Shown: piece by piece, positions 39,001 to 54,000 of the stretch
How positions within the stretch are numbered: position 1 is the stretch's first letter
Layout: each line of letters begins with the position of its first letter
NCBI RefSeq assembly: GCF_964194025.1
Contig: NC_134480.1
Location: 9,300,001-9,364,000, forward strand
Origin: Convolutriloba macropyga
Lineage: Eukaryota
Direction of reading: 5' to 3'
Length of the DNA: 64,000 nucleotides
The notes under the pieces: generated by a model
What the model saw: the letters and a program-made list of their open reading frames with translations, nothing else
Database searches by the model: none
What the model was told of the DNA's origin: nothing
Translations under genes and position numbers: made by a program

Positions 39001-42000
39001 AAATACAATTTGTTCTATCAAAAAACTCAAGTAAAATGATTACAAAACAAACATTTTTTTATTTATTGTCAGAAATACACATCAACATGTACAAAAAGCT
39101 CTTCATTTTTAGCTGTGTCACAGAATTTATAAAACTGTACAAAAAATCTATCTCAGTTCACTTATGTTCCGATTGTTGAACCAGTAACACTTAACTCATT
39201 GCAATAAAAAGCGCTGTTTTTTCCTCATTACGAAGTTTTCAATTCTGATAGCGTAAGAGTACAATTTGAAAATAGCCTTCCTAACATTTACTGAATTCCC
39301 AGTTTTCCATAATAACCTTGGTTTTTGTATGAAATACTTCCTTCTTTGGTTATTTTAAAAGCATGTTATTTCCCATTCATATAATAACATTATTTTTCAC
39401 ATTAATTTCAATAATTGGCTAGAGTTTAGTATCTATAGATATAAAAACAGTAACGCAGCTTCATTTGCTCTCTTCTCTAAATACAACATCACCTCTGTAC
39501 ATAATCTTCAACTAAATTTCGGTTAATTTCTTCCGTTCATCTCATCAAATCGAGAAATGTATTTTACAGTGCAGAATAACAGTCTTCTTTGGACAAAAAG
39601 AAAATCATTTTTGATTTCTCCAGGACCATCTGATAAGGGAAATATACATTCTTGTGTTTCAACAACTGATCAGGAAGAACTCTATCAATACAATCCATTG
39701 TAATAATCTGGAGGAGAGCACAAGCTACGTTTGTAATCGTGGCAAATGGCCATTTTGTGGTTTCCCACTTTTTTGCACGCGTCTCTACCAGATCCATTTT
39801 TTCAACTCTATCTTGAAATGTGAGCAGTCCCCTTTCGAGCAGAGTAGAATAACCTTAAGTGTTTATTTAAGGAATCTGTTGTTTTCATGAGCACAAAATT
39901 TTTGATACTCATCATTGTCCACATTTTGGTGAATCCAAGAGCTAAAATCTTTTTGGGGGCGCAGTTGAGATTGTCAAATATTTCGTTAAGTTTCTCAATT
40001 AACTCATTGAGTTTAGGCTTGGACAACTTGAGGTTGAACATTGAATGCCTCCCATTATCCATATCCGTATCGTTAAAGAGGGGCTGGCAAGCACTGAGCT
40101 CGTGATGTAATTGCTCGTTGTTTTTCTGTAATTTCTCCAATTCTAGGACTTCATTGAGACTTTCAGTCAATCTGTCCTAACTTTTGTCAATATTTCATCT
40201 TTTCTCTTCTTTTGCTGTTGAAGAGAAAAAACACGGGAAATCCTGCAAGCACAAAGTGTACATATTACTAGGCTTAACGTTTATGGGAGATTGATACTTG
40301 GTGAGATGATAATTCAAGTTTTCTTTCTTCTTTGTAGAAAAAGTAGGACATTTGGGACAAGATAAAGTTCCATTGTTAGTAGAGTTTTTGTGTCAAGTCA
40401 TATGCTTAATGACAAACGTTTTTTGCATCATATTCAATTCTTTGAGAGATTTTGTATCAACTGCAGTCATTGTTTATTTTAGTGCACAAAAAAATGAGTA
40501 AAATTCAGGTAAATTGCGGAGCAACTGAATTAGAAAATACAGAGAAAAATATAAAAACTGATTTGTCAATTTGAGGAACTTGGCCATGAGTCATCACTTC
40601 CAAATATGGCAAGTGCGTCAATTTTTTTAAAAAAAACAAGCGTCATTTTCGAACAATCTGCAAGACTAAAATTGTGCAATCAGATTTCAACATTAGCTTG
40701 TCCAAATAATTTCATTTTAAATGTTAGCAGTCAACTCCTGGCCTCCAATTCGAACGCTACGTTTCCCTCTCATTAATCTCTTATTCATATTTGTTACACT
40801 TTACTTGAAGTTTTCCGTATCGGCACAGAGTATTTCAACAAGAAGAGAAAAACAATATAAAGTGATTCACTTCAGTATCCGCTAACTTTCAGTTTTTATA
40901 AGGTTATGAATAGACCTAAATCACACTCGTTCATTTCAATTACCTATAAAATTTTTTGTCATAGATCCAATTTGGTTTTTGTCAAATTAGAAATCAGCAA
41001 ATAAATGTGTTTTCTTAACAACTATAGAAAGATCATGAAAAAACTCCAATCTATTTGTGAAGACAAATTTTAACAACACTTATTGTACAGCCTAGTGTTG
41101 TTGTATAAGAACCAAAATTGATACTTATTCTGGTTTTTTTTACAAATTCTTGAACATTTTTATTTAAAACAACAGAACTGTCCGATATAGTGAAGTATTT
41201 GAATATGCAAAATTTTCTATCAAAAAATTTCAAGTAAAGAGAATACAAAACAAACCAATTATTTAAATCGTCAGAGTTACACATTAACACGTACAAATTG
41301 CACTTCATTTTTAATATTGTCACAGAAATTATGAAACAGTACAAAAATCTATCTCAGTTTTTTCTCAGTGCATCTACCTCAGAGCTTATGTTCAGATTAC
41401 TGAACCAGCAACACTTAATGTGCGCTGTTTTTCATCTTTTTGAAGACTAGAATGCTGAAGGAGTAAAAGCACAATTTGGAAAACGACTCCCTAACTATTA
41501 CTAAATTCCCAGTTTTTCATAGTAAAATTGTCTTTTGTATGAAATAGTTTCTTCGTTGGTTAATCTACAAGTATGTTATTTCCCTTTCATATAATAACGT
41601 CCTTTTTTCATTAAAGATTGCATCAAATGGCTAGAGTTTATGATATAAAGATGTAAGAAATCTTGCATTGCATCATTTGCTCTCTTCCAAGACTACAAAA
41701 CAATATTGTGGTTTCCCACTCTTATGCACGCGTCTCTAGCAGATCCATGGTTTCAACTCTATCTTGAAATGTGAGCAGTCTCCTTTCGAGCAGATTAACC
41801 TTAAGAGTTTATTTAGGGAATCTGTTGTTTTCATGAGCATAAAAATATTGATATTCATCTTTGTCCATATTTTGCTGAATCCAATTGCTAAAATTTTTTT
41901 GGGGGCGCAGTTGAGATTGTCAAAAACATCGGTATATTTCTCATTTAACTCATTGTGATCAGGTTTGGACAACTTGAAGTTGAACATTGAATGCCTGTCA

Positions 42001-45000
42001 TTCTCCATTTCCGTATCGTTAAAGAAGTGCTGGCAAACACTAAACTCGTGTTGTAATTGCTTGTTGTTTTTCTGTTTCTTCTTTAATTCTAGGACTTCAT
42101 TGAGATTTTCAATCAACCTGTCCCAATTTTTGTCAATATTCCATGCTTTCTGTAATGCTGTTGAAGTGTATAAAAACACGGAGAATCCTGCGAGCACAGA
42201 GTTAACATATTACTAGTTTTAACGTTTTTGGGGGACAGATGCTTCGTGAGATGATGATTCAAGTTTTTTTCTTCTTTGTAGAAAAAACAGACATTTTGGG
42301 AAAAAATAAACAACAAAACTGTTCAATTTAGTGAAATATTTTAATATGCAAACCTTCTTTTTATCAAAAACTCAAAAAAAGAAGACTACAAAACAAACCA
42401 ATTTTTTCATTTTTTGTCAGAGTTACACATCAACACGTACAAGATGCTCTTTGTTTTTGATTGTGTCAAAGAATTTAAGAAACAGTACATACATCTATCT
42501 CAGTGCATATCTCAGTGAACCAGTAACTCTTAATTCATTGCTATAATGTCCGCTGTTTTTCGTTATTACGAAGACTAAAAATGCTGGGGGATTAAGAAAA
42601 CAATTTTGGAAATTACTTCCCAATATTTATTGAATTCCCAGTTTTGTATAGTTACCTTGGTTTTTGTATGAAATATTTCTTTCTTTGTTAATTTTACAAG
42701 TATGTTATTTCCGATTCAAATAATACCGTCATTTTTCAAGATTTGCTAGAGTTTAGTATACATAGATGTAAAAAAGTCACACAGCAAAAATTGCTCTCTT
42801 CCCTCAATGCAACATGAGCTCAACGTACAAAATCCTTAACGGCCTACGGCCTTTGTGATAAAATATTTCTCTCATTTCAACACGTCGAAAAATGTATTTT
42901 ACCCGGAAGAGTAACAGTCTTCTCTGGAGGAAAAATAGCCTTTGTAGATTTCTCCAGGACCATCCGATACTGGAATACAACATCCATGTATTTCAACAAC
43001 TGTTGGGGAAGAACTCTATTAATAAATCCCAGTGTAATATTCTTGAGGAGAGCACCAGTTACGTTTGTAATCGTGGCAAATAGCCATTTTGTGTTTTCTC
43101 TCTCTTGTGCACGCGTGTCTACCAGATCCATGATTTCAACTCTGTCTTGAAATGTGACCGCTCGCCATTTTGATCAGAGTAACCTTAAGAGTTTTTTTTA
43201 AAGAAGGTGTTGTTCTTATGAGCTTAAAACTATTGGTATTTATCTTTGTCCACATTTCGCTGAATCCAGGAGCATCAGGTAAAGTATTTGAATATGCAAA
43301 CTTTTCTATCTAAGAACACAAGTAAAAACACCATAAAACAAACCAATTTTTTTAATCGTCAGAATTACGCATCAACACGTACAAAATGCACTTCAGTTTT
43401 AATATTGTCACAGAATTTACGAAACAGTACAAAAATCTATCTCAGTTTTTTTCTCAGTGCATCTATCTCAGTGCTTATATTCAGATTACTGAACCAGTAA
43501 CACTTTATGTGCGCTGTTTTTCATCTTTACGGACACTACAATGCTGAAGGAGCAAAAGCACAATTTGGAAAACGACTCCCTAATTTTTATTGAATTCCCA
43601 GTTTTTTATAGTAATATTGGCTTTTCTAGGAAATAGTTTTTCCGTTGGTTAATCTACAAGTACATTATTTCCCTTTCATATAAAAACGTCTTCTCTCCAT
43701 CAAAGATTGCATTAACTGGCTAGAGTTTATGATTTAAAGATGTAAGAAATCTTGCATTGCATCATTTGCTCTCTTCCCTCAACATAACATCACCTCTGTA
43801 CATATTCTTCAACAACATTTGTAATGCATTCTTCCTCTCGTCTCATAACATCGAGAAATATATATTACAGTGCAGAATAACAGTCTTCTCTGGGTCTTAA
43901 AAATAATCTTTGTTGATTTTTCCAGGACCATCTGATAAGACAAATTTACCCTCTTGTCTTTCAACAAATGTTCAGGAAGAACTCCATCAATGCTTCCCAT
44001 TGTAGTTTAGTAGAAGAGGACGCAAGTTACGTTTGTAATTAAGACAAATAGCCATTTTAAGTTTTCCGTCTCTTGTGCACGCGTCTCTACCGGATCCATC
44101 ATTTCAACTCTGTCTTGAAATGTGACCGAGTGCTCATTCGGTCAGAGTAACCTTAAGAACAGCGAGTTGTTCTCATGAGCATAAAAATATTGATACTTAT
44201 TTTTTTCCACATTTCGCTGAAATCAAGAGCTAGGTTCAATTTGGCGGCGCAGTTGTGCTTCTTAAATACTTCGTTCAGTTTCTCATTTATCTCATTGAGA
44301 TCGAGCTTTGATAACCTGAAGTTGCCAACTAAATGTTTTCCAGTCCTCATTTCCGTATCATTAAAGAAGGGCTGACCAGCACAAAATCCTGTTGTAATTG
44401 CTCGTTGTTTTTGTCTAGCTCCACCAATTTTAGGCCTGTTTTGAGTTTTCTTTTCAATTTGTCCCAATTTTTGTCGATGTTCCATGCTTTCTCCTTTTAT
44501 GCTGTTGAAAAAAAAACGGAAAGTACTCCAATCACACAGTACACATAGTACTAGGCTCCAGATCTTTCGGAGATTGATTCTTGGTGTGACGATAATTCAA
44601 GTTTTTTTTACTTTGTAGAAAAATTAGGACATTTGGGACAAGATAAAGTTCCATTGTTTGCAAGAGTTTTTGTGTTGAGCACTATGCATCCCGACAAACA
44701 TTTTTCTTGTATTTTGTTCTTTTGACTGGGAAATTTGTATCAAGTGCAGGCATTGTTTGTTTTAGTACGCAAATAATCGAACAAAATTCAGGTAATTTGC
44801 GACGAAACTGAATCTGAAAAAAACAGACAAAATGATTAAAGCTGATATGTCATTTTGAGGAGCTTGGCCATTAGTTATTTGGCCAAAGCGTCATTTTTGA
44901 AAACTCTGCAAAACTGAAATTATGCAATAAGATTTCAACATTACCTCTTGTAGCTGTTCCAGATGATTTTCCTTTTAAATGTTTACAGACATCTTTTCGC

Positions 45001-48000
45001 GTCAAATTGGAACTTAACCTTTCCCTCATACTACTCTCATCCATTTTTTTAAAAATTAACTTGCAATTTTCCGTTTTAGCACAGAGTTTTTCAACAAAAA
45101 AAATTGCAACACGTCGAAAAATGTATTTTACCGGGAGCATTAACTGTCTTCTCTGGAGGAAAAGATAGTCTTTGTAGATTTCTCCAGGAACATCCGATAC
45201 CGGAAAGTTACATCCATGTATTTCAAAAACTGTTAGGGAAGAACTCTATTAATACATCTCAGTGTAAAATTCTTGAGGAGAGCACAAGTTTTGTTTGTAA
45301 CCGTCCCAAATGGCCATTTTGGTGTTTTCTCCCTCTTGTGCACGCATCTCTACCAGATCCATCATTTCAACTCTGTCTTGAAATGTGACCGAGAGCCCTT
45401 TTGATCAGAGTAACCTTTAATATTTTTTAAAGAACGTGTTGTTCTCATGAGCTTAAATTTATTGATATTCATCGTTGTCCACATTTCGCTGAAGCCAGGA
45501 GCATCAAGTAAATTATTTGAATATGCAAACTTTTCTATCAAAAAACACAAGTAACAAGACTACAAAATAAACCAATTTTTTAATCGTCAGAATTACACAA
45601 CAACACGTACAAAATGCTCTTCATTTCTAATATTGTCACAGAATTTAAGAAACAGTGCAAACATCTATCTCAGTTTTTTTCTCAGTGCATCAATCTCAGT
45701 GCTTATATTCAGATTACTGAGCCAGTAGCAATTAATGTGCACTGCTTTTCGTCTTTACAAAGACTAAAATGCTGAAAGAAAAAAGCACAATTTGGAAAAT
45801 GACTCCCTAACTTTTATCGAATTCCCAGTTTCTTATAGTAATATTGGCCTTTCTCTGAAATAGTTTCTTCGTTGGTTATTCTACAAGTATATTTTTTCCC
45901 TTTCATATAATAACGTCTTTTTTCCTTTAAAGAATGCATTAATTGGCTAGAGTTTGTGATATATAGATGTAAAGAAAGTCGCATTGCATCATTTGCTCTC
46001 AACATAACATCACCTCTGTACCTAATCTTCAACGACATTTGTGTTGCATTCTTCCTCTCGTCTGATAACAATGAGCAATATATATTACAGTGCAGAATAA
46101 CAGCCTTCTCTGGGTCTGAAAGATTGTCTTTGTAGATTTATCCAGGACCATCTGATGAGGAAAATTTACATTCTTGTGTTTCAACAACTGTTTAGGAAGA
46201 ACTCTATCAATGCATCCCATTGTAGTTTTCTGGAAGAGGACACAAGTTACGTTTGGAATTAAGACGAAGGGCCATTTTGTGGTTTCCGTCTCTTGTGCTC
46301 GTGTCTCTACCGGCTCCATCATTTCAACTCTGTCTTGAAATGTGACCGAGTGCTCATTCGATCAGAGTAACCTTAAAAATTTTTTAAAGAACGTGTTGTT
46401 GTCATGAGCGTAAAACTATCGATATTTATCTTTGTTCGCATTTCGCTGAATTCAAGAGCTAGGTTCGATTTGGCGGCGCTGTTGAGCTTCTTAAATACTT
46501 TGTTCAGTTTCTCATTTATCTCATTGAGATCGAGCTTGGACAACTTGAGGTTGCGATTTGAATATTTTCCATTCCTCATTAACGTAACACTAAAGAAGGG
46601 CTGGCCAACACTAAAATCCTTTTGTAATTGCTCATTGTTTTTGTTTAGCTCCACCAATTTTAGGCCTGTTTTGAGTTTTCCTTTAATATTTTCCTAACTT
46701 TTGTCGATGTTCCATGTTTTTCCTTTTATGCTGTTGAAGAAAAAAAACACAGAAAATCCTCCAATCACACAGTGCACATTGTACTAGGCTTCACATCTTT
46801 CGGGGACTGATTCTTGGCGTGACGATATTTCAAGTCTTTTTTTCCTTTGTAGAAAAATTAGTACATTTGGGACAAGATAAAGACCCATGGTCGCAAGAGT
46901 TTTTGTGTTGAGCCCTATGCATCCCGACAAACATTTGTCTTGTATTTTGTTCATTTGACTGGGAAAATTCCTTCATGTGCAGGCATTATTTGTTTTAGTG
47001 CGCAATAAATCGAAAAAAATTCAGGTAATTTGCGACGCAACTGAATCTGAAAATAACAGAAAAAACGATTAAAGCTGATATGTCATTTTGAGGAACTTGG
47101 CCATGAGTTATCTCTTCCATATATGGCAAGTACACCATTTCTATTTTTAATAAAGCGTCATTTTTGAATACTCTGCAAGACTGAAATTATGCAATCAGGT
47201 TTCAACATTACCTCTTGTAGCTTTTCCAGAAAATTTTCCTTTTAAATTTTTACAGACATCACTTCGCGTCAAATTGGAACTTTACTTTTCCCTCATATTA
47301 CTCTCATTCATATTTTTTAACAATTATTTGCAATTTTCCGTTTTAGCACAGAGTTTTTCAACAAAAAAATTGCAACACGTCGATAAATTTATTTTACCGG
47401 GAGGATTAGCAGTCTTCTTTGGAGGAAAAGATAGTCTTTGTAGACTTCTCCAGGACAATCCGATACCGGAAAATTACATCCATGTTTTTCAACAACTGTT
47501 AGGGAAAAACTCTATTAATAAATCCCAGTGTAATATTCTTGAGGAGAGCACCAGTTACGTTTGTAATCGTGGCAAATGGCCATTTTGTGTTTTCTCTTTC
47601 TTGTGCACGCGTCTCTACCAGTTCCATCATTTCAACTCTGTCTTGAAATGTGACCGAGTGCCCTTTTGATCAGAGTGAACTTAAGAGTTTTTTAAAGAAC
47701 GTGTTGTTCTCATGAGCTTAAAACTAGCGATATTCATCTTTGTCCACATTTCGCTGAATCCAGGAGCATCAAGTAAAATATTTGAATGTGCAAAGGTTTC
47801 TATCAAAAAACACAAGTAAAAAGACTACAAAACAAACCAATTTTTTAAACGTCAAAATTATACATCAACAAGTACAAAATGCTCCTCATTTTTATTTTTG
47901 TTACAGAAATTATGAAACAGTACAAACATCTATCTCAGTTTTTTCTCAGTGCATCTATCACAGTGCTTATATTCAGATTATTGAGCCAGTAACACTTAAT

Positions 48001-51000
48001 CTGCGCTGTTTTTCGTCTTTACGAAGACTACAATGCTGAAGGAAAAAAAACACAATTTGGAAAACGACCCCTTACTTTTATTGAGTTCCGAAATTTTTAT
48101 AGCAATATTGGCTTTTCTATGAAATAGTTTCTTCGTTGGTTATTCTACAAGTATGTTATTTCCCTTTCATATAAAAACGTCTTTTGTCCTTCAACGATTG
48201 CATTAATTTGCTACAGTTTTTGATATATAGATGTAAAAAAGTCGCATTGCATCATTTGCTCTATTCCCACAGCATAACATCACCTCTGTACATAAACTTC
48301 AACGACATTTGTGTTGCATTCTTCCTCTCGTCTCATAACATCGAGCAATATATATTACAGTCCAGAATAACAGTCTTCTCTGGGTCCAAAATATATTCCT
48401 TGTAGGTTTATCCACGACTATCTGATACGGAAAATTAATATTTTTGTGTTTCAACATCTGTTCAGGAAGAACTCTATTATTGCATACCATGGTAGTTTTC
48501 TGGAAGAGGACAAAATATACGTTTGTAATTAAGACAAAGGGCCATTTTTTGTTTTCCGTCTCTTGTGCTCGCGTCTCTACCGGCTCCATCATTTCAACTG
48601 TCTTGAAATGTGAAAGAGTGCTCATTCGATCAGAGTAACCTTAAGAGTTTATTAAAGAACTTGTTGCTCTCATGAGCGTAAAACTATCGATATATATCTT
48701 TCTCCACATTTCGCTGAACTCAAAAGCTAGGTTCAAATTGGCGGCGCAGTTGAGCTTCTTAAATACTTCGTTCAGTTTCTCATTTATCTCATTGAGATCG
48801 AGCTTGGACAACTTGAAGTTGCCAACTGTATGTCTTCCATTCCTCATTTCTGTAACATTAAAGAAGGGCTGGCCAGCACTAATATCAATTTGTAATTGCT
48901 CATTGTTTTTGTCTAGCTCCACCGATTTTAGGCCTGTTTTGAGTTTTCCTTTCAATTTGTCCCAACATTTGTCGGTCTTCTATGCTTTCTCCTTTTATGC
49001 TGTTGAAGAAAAAACACTCGAAATACTGCAATCAAACAGTACACATAGTACTAGGCTTCACATCCTTCGGGGATTGATTCTTGGCGTGTCAATAATTCAA
49101 GTTTTTGTTTCTTCTGTAGAAAAAAATAGGACAGTTGGGACAAGATAAAGAGCCATTGTCGCAAGAGTTTTTGTGTAGAGCCCTATGCATCCCGACAAAC
49201 ATTTTTCTTGTATTTTGTTTATTTGACTGGGAATTTTCTTTCAAGTGCAGGCAATGTTTGTTTTAGTGTGAAATAAATCGAATAAAATTGAGGTAATTTG
49301 CGACTCCACTGTATCTGAAAATAACAGAGAAAAGAGATTAAAGATGATATGTCATTTTGAGGAGCTTGACCATGAGTTATCAATTCCATATATGACAAGT
49401 ACACCATTTCTATTTTTTAAAAAAGCGTCCTTTTTAAATGCTCTGCAAGACTGAAATTATGCAATCAGATTTCAACATTATCTCTTGTAGCTTTTCCAGA
49501 TGAAATTCCTTTTAAATTTTTACAGATTTCCCTTCGCGTCAAATTGGAACTTAATTTTTCTCTCACATTACTCTCATTCATATTTTTTAAAAATAATATG
49601 CAATTTTCCGTTTTAGCACAGAGTTATTCAACAAAAAAATTGCAATAAACTAAAGCATCTCATTGCAGTCTCCGCAAACTTTCAATTTTTCCAGGGTTTT
49701 TGTTAGACTTAGTTTACAACTGTGTATCTCAAATACCGATAAAATTAAGTGTCTTAGATCAAATTTGGTTTTATTGAAATTAGAAATTGGCAAGTATCTT
49801 TGCTTTTTTTACAACTATAAAGAGACCAAGAAAAAACTTCCATCTGTTCCTCAAACTCCAAATTTAATTTACAACCTAGTGTTATTATATAAAAACCAAA
49901 ATTGATGTTTCCTCTTTTTTAAAATTTTTGAACTTTTCACTTAAAACAACAGAATTTTCCGATTTAGTAAAGTATTTGAATACACAAAGTTCTCTATCAG
50001 TGAACTCAAGTAAGATGACTACAAAACAAACCAATTTTTTTATCTATCGTCAGAATTACACATCAACACGAACAATAAGCTCTTCGTTTTTAGCTGTGTC
50101 ACAGAATTTACGAATATGTACAAAGATCTATCTCAGCGCACTTATGTTCCGATTACTGAACCAGTAACACTTATCTTATTGCTGTTTTTTTCCTTATTAC
50201 GAAGACTTCAATTCTGATAGCGGAAGAGTATAATTTGGAAATAGACCTCCTAACGTTTACTGAATTCCCAGTTTTGAAAAATAACCTTGGTTTTTGTATG
50301 AAATACTTCCTTCTTTGGTTATTTTACAAATATGTTATTTCCTATTCATATAATACCATCATTTTTGCATTAATTGCAATAATTGGCTAGATATTAATAT
50401 CTATAGACGTAATGAAAGTAACGCAGCTTCATTTGCTCTCTTGCCTAAAAACAACATCAACTCTGTACATAATCCTCAAATACTTTTCTGTTGAATTCTT
50501 CCGTTCATCTCATCAAATCGAGAAATGCATTTTACAGCGCAGAAGAACAGTCTTCTTTGGAGAAAAAGATAATCATTGTTGATTTCTCCAGGACCATCTG
50601 ATAAGGGAAAATTACATTGTTGTGTTTCAATAACTGATCAGGAAGAGCTCTATCAATACATTCTGTTATAATAATCTGGCGGAGAGCACAAGTTACGTTT
50701 ATTTTGTGAGCAGTCCCTTTTCGAGCAGAGTAACCTTAAGAGTTTTTTTAAAGAACGTGTTGTTCTCATCAGCTTAAAACTATTGATATTCATATTTGTC
50801 CACATTTCACTGAATCCTGGAGCACCAGTAAAGTATTTGAATATGCAAACTGTTCTATCAACAAACACAAGTAAAAAGACTACAAAACAAACCAATTCTT
50901 TTTAACCGTCGGAATTAAACGTCAACACGCACAAATTGCTCTTCATTTTTAATATTGTCACAGAATTCATGAAACAAAACAAACATCTATCTCAGTTTTT

Positions 51001-54000
51001 TCTCAGTGCATCTATCACAGTGCTTATATTCAGATTATTGAGCCAGTAACACTTAATCTGCGCTGTTTTTCATCTTTACGAAGACTACAATGCTGAAGGA
51101 GTAAAAGCACAATTCGGAATAAGACTCCCTAATTTTTATTGAATTCCAGTTTTTTAAAGTAATATTGGTTTTTCTATGAAATAGTTTCTTAGTTTGGCAT
51201 TCTACAAGTATGTTATTTCTCTTTCATATAATGACGTCTTTTTTCCTTTAAAGATTGCATCAATTGGCTAGAGTTTATGATACATAGATGTAGAAAGTTC
51301 ACATTGCATAATTTGCTCTCTTCCCTCAACATAACATCACCACTGTACATAATCTTCAACGAAATTTGTGTTGCATTCTTCCTCTCGTCTCATAACATCG
51401 AGCAATATATATTACAGTGCAGAATAACAATCTTCTCTGGGTCTAAAAGATAGTCTCTGTAGATTTTTCCAGGACCATCTGATACGGAAAATTTACATTC
51501 TTGTTTTTCAACAACTGTTCAGGAAGAACTCTATCAATGCATCCCATTTCCCATTGTAGTTTTCTGGAAGAGGACACAAGCTACGTTTGTAATTAAGACA
51601 AAGGGCCATTTTGTGTTCTCCCTCTCTTGTGCACGCGTCTCTACCGGATTCATCATTTCAACTCTGTTTTGAAATGTGACCGAGTGCCCTTTTGATCAGA
51701 GTAAACTTAATAGTTTTTTAAATAACGTGTTGTTCTCATGAGCGTAAAACTATCGATATTTATCTTTGTCCACATTTCGCTGAATTCAAGAGCTAGGTTC
51801 AATTTGGCGAAGCAGTTGAGCTTCTTAATCACTTCGTTCAGTTTCTCATTTATCTTACTGAGATCGAGCTTGGACAACTTGAAGCTTCCAACTGAACGTT
51901 TTCCATTCCTCATTTCCGTATCATTAAAGAGGGGCTGGCTGGCACTAAAATCCTGTTGTAATTGCTCGTTGTTTTTGTCTGGCTCCACCGATTTTAGGCC
52001 TTTTTTGAAATTTCCTTTCAATTTGTCCAATTTTTGTCAATCTTCCATGCTTTCTTTTATTCTGTTGAAGAGAAAAACAGTGGAAATCCTCCAATCACAC
52101 AGTACACATAGTACTAGGGTTCACATCTTTCGGGGATTGATTCTTGGCGTGACGGTAATTTGAGTCTTTTTTTTTCTTTTGTAGAAAAAATAGGACATTT
52201 GGGATAAGATAAAGTCCCATTGTCGCAAGAGTTTTTGTGTTGAGCCCTATGCATCCCGACAAACGTTTTTCTTGTATTTTGTTCATTTGACTTGGAAATT
52301 TTTGTTCAATTGCAGGCATTGTTCGTTTTAGTGTGCATTAAATCGAATGAAATTTAGGTAATTTGCGACGCCACTGAATCTGAAAATAACAGAAAAAAAT
52401 GATTAAAGATGATATGTCATTTTGAGGAGCTTGGCCATGGGTTTTCACTTCCATATATGGCAAGTACACCATTTCTTTTTTTAAAAAAGCGTCCTTTTTG
52501 AATACTCTGCAAGACTGAAATTATGCAATCAGATTTCAACATTACTTCTTGTAGCTTTTCCAGATGATTTTCCTTTTAAACTTTTACAGATTTCCCTTCG
52601 CGTCAAATTGGAACTTTACCTTTCCCTCACATTACTTTCATTCATATTTTTTTATAAATAACTTGCAATTTTCCGTTTTAGCACAAAATTTTTCAACAAA
52701 AAATTGCAATAAACTAAAGCATCTCCTTTCGGTCTCCGCAAACTTTTAATATTTGCAGGGTTTTTCGTAGACTTAGTTTACAATTGTGTATCTCAAATAC
52801 CGATAAAACTAAGTGTCTTAGATCGAATGTGGTTTTATTGAAATTGAAATTGGCAAAAATTTTTCCTTTTATAACAACTATAAAGAGATCAAGAAATAAC
52901 TTCCATCTGGTTTTCAAACTCAAAATTTAATTTACAAACTAGTGTTGTTATTTAAAAACGAAAGTTGATTTTTTCTCCCTTTTTAATTTTTCGAACATTT
53001 TCACTTAAAACAACAGAATTGTCAGATTTAGTAAAGTATTTGAATATACAAAGTTCTCTATCAGTGAACTCAAGTAAGATGACTACGAAACAAACCAATT
53101 TTTTTTATTTATCGTCAGAATTACACATCAACACGAACAATAAGCTCTTCGTTTTTAGCTGTGTCACAGAATTTATCTCAGTGCACTTATGTTCCGATTA
53201 CTGAACCAGTAACACTTATCTCATTGCAATAAAAAGCGCTGTTTTTTGCTCATTACGAAGACTTCAATTCTCATAGCGTAAGAGTATAATTTGGAAATAG
53301 ACTTCCTAACATTTACTGAATTCCCAGTTTTGCATGATAACCTTGGTTATTGTATGAAATACTTCCTTCTTCGGTTATTTTACAAGTATGTTATTTCCCA
53401 TTCATATAATACCATAATTTTTACATTAATTGCATTAATTGGCTAGAGTTTAGTATCTATCGATGTAAAAAAAAGTAACGCAGCTTCATTTGCTCGCTTA
53501 ACTAAATATAACCTCACTTCTGTACATAATCTTCAACTACCTTTCTGTTAAATTCTTCCGTTTATCTCATCAAATCGAGAAATGCATTTTACAGTCAATC
53601 TGTCCCAATTTTTGTCGATGTTCCATGCTATCTCTTATGCTGTTGAAGAGAATCAGAACACGGGAAATCCTGCAAGCACAGAGTAAACATATTACTAAAA
53701 CTAACATTTTTCGGGGACTGATGCTTCGTGAGATGATAATTCAAGTTTTCTTTCTTCTAAGTAGAAAAAATGAGACATTTGGGACAAGATAAAGTTCCAT
53801 TGTGGAGTTTTTGTGTCAAGCCATATGCTTCATGACAAATATTTTTTTATCATATTCATTTCACTGAGAGATTTCTATCAAGTGCAGGCATTGTTTATTT
53901 TAGTGCTCAAACAATTGAGTAAAATTCAAGTAGATTGCGTAGCAACTGAATCAGAAAAAAAAAGTTTGAAACTGATTTGTCAATTTGAGGAACTTGGCCA

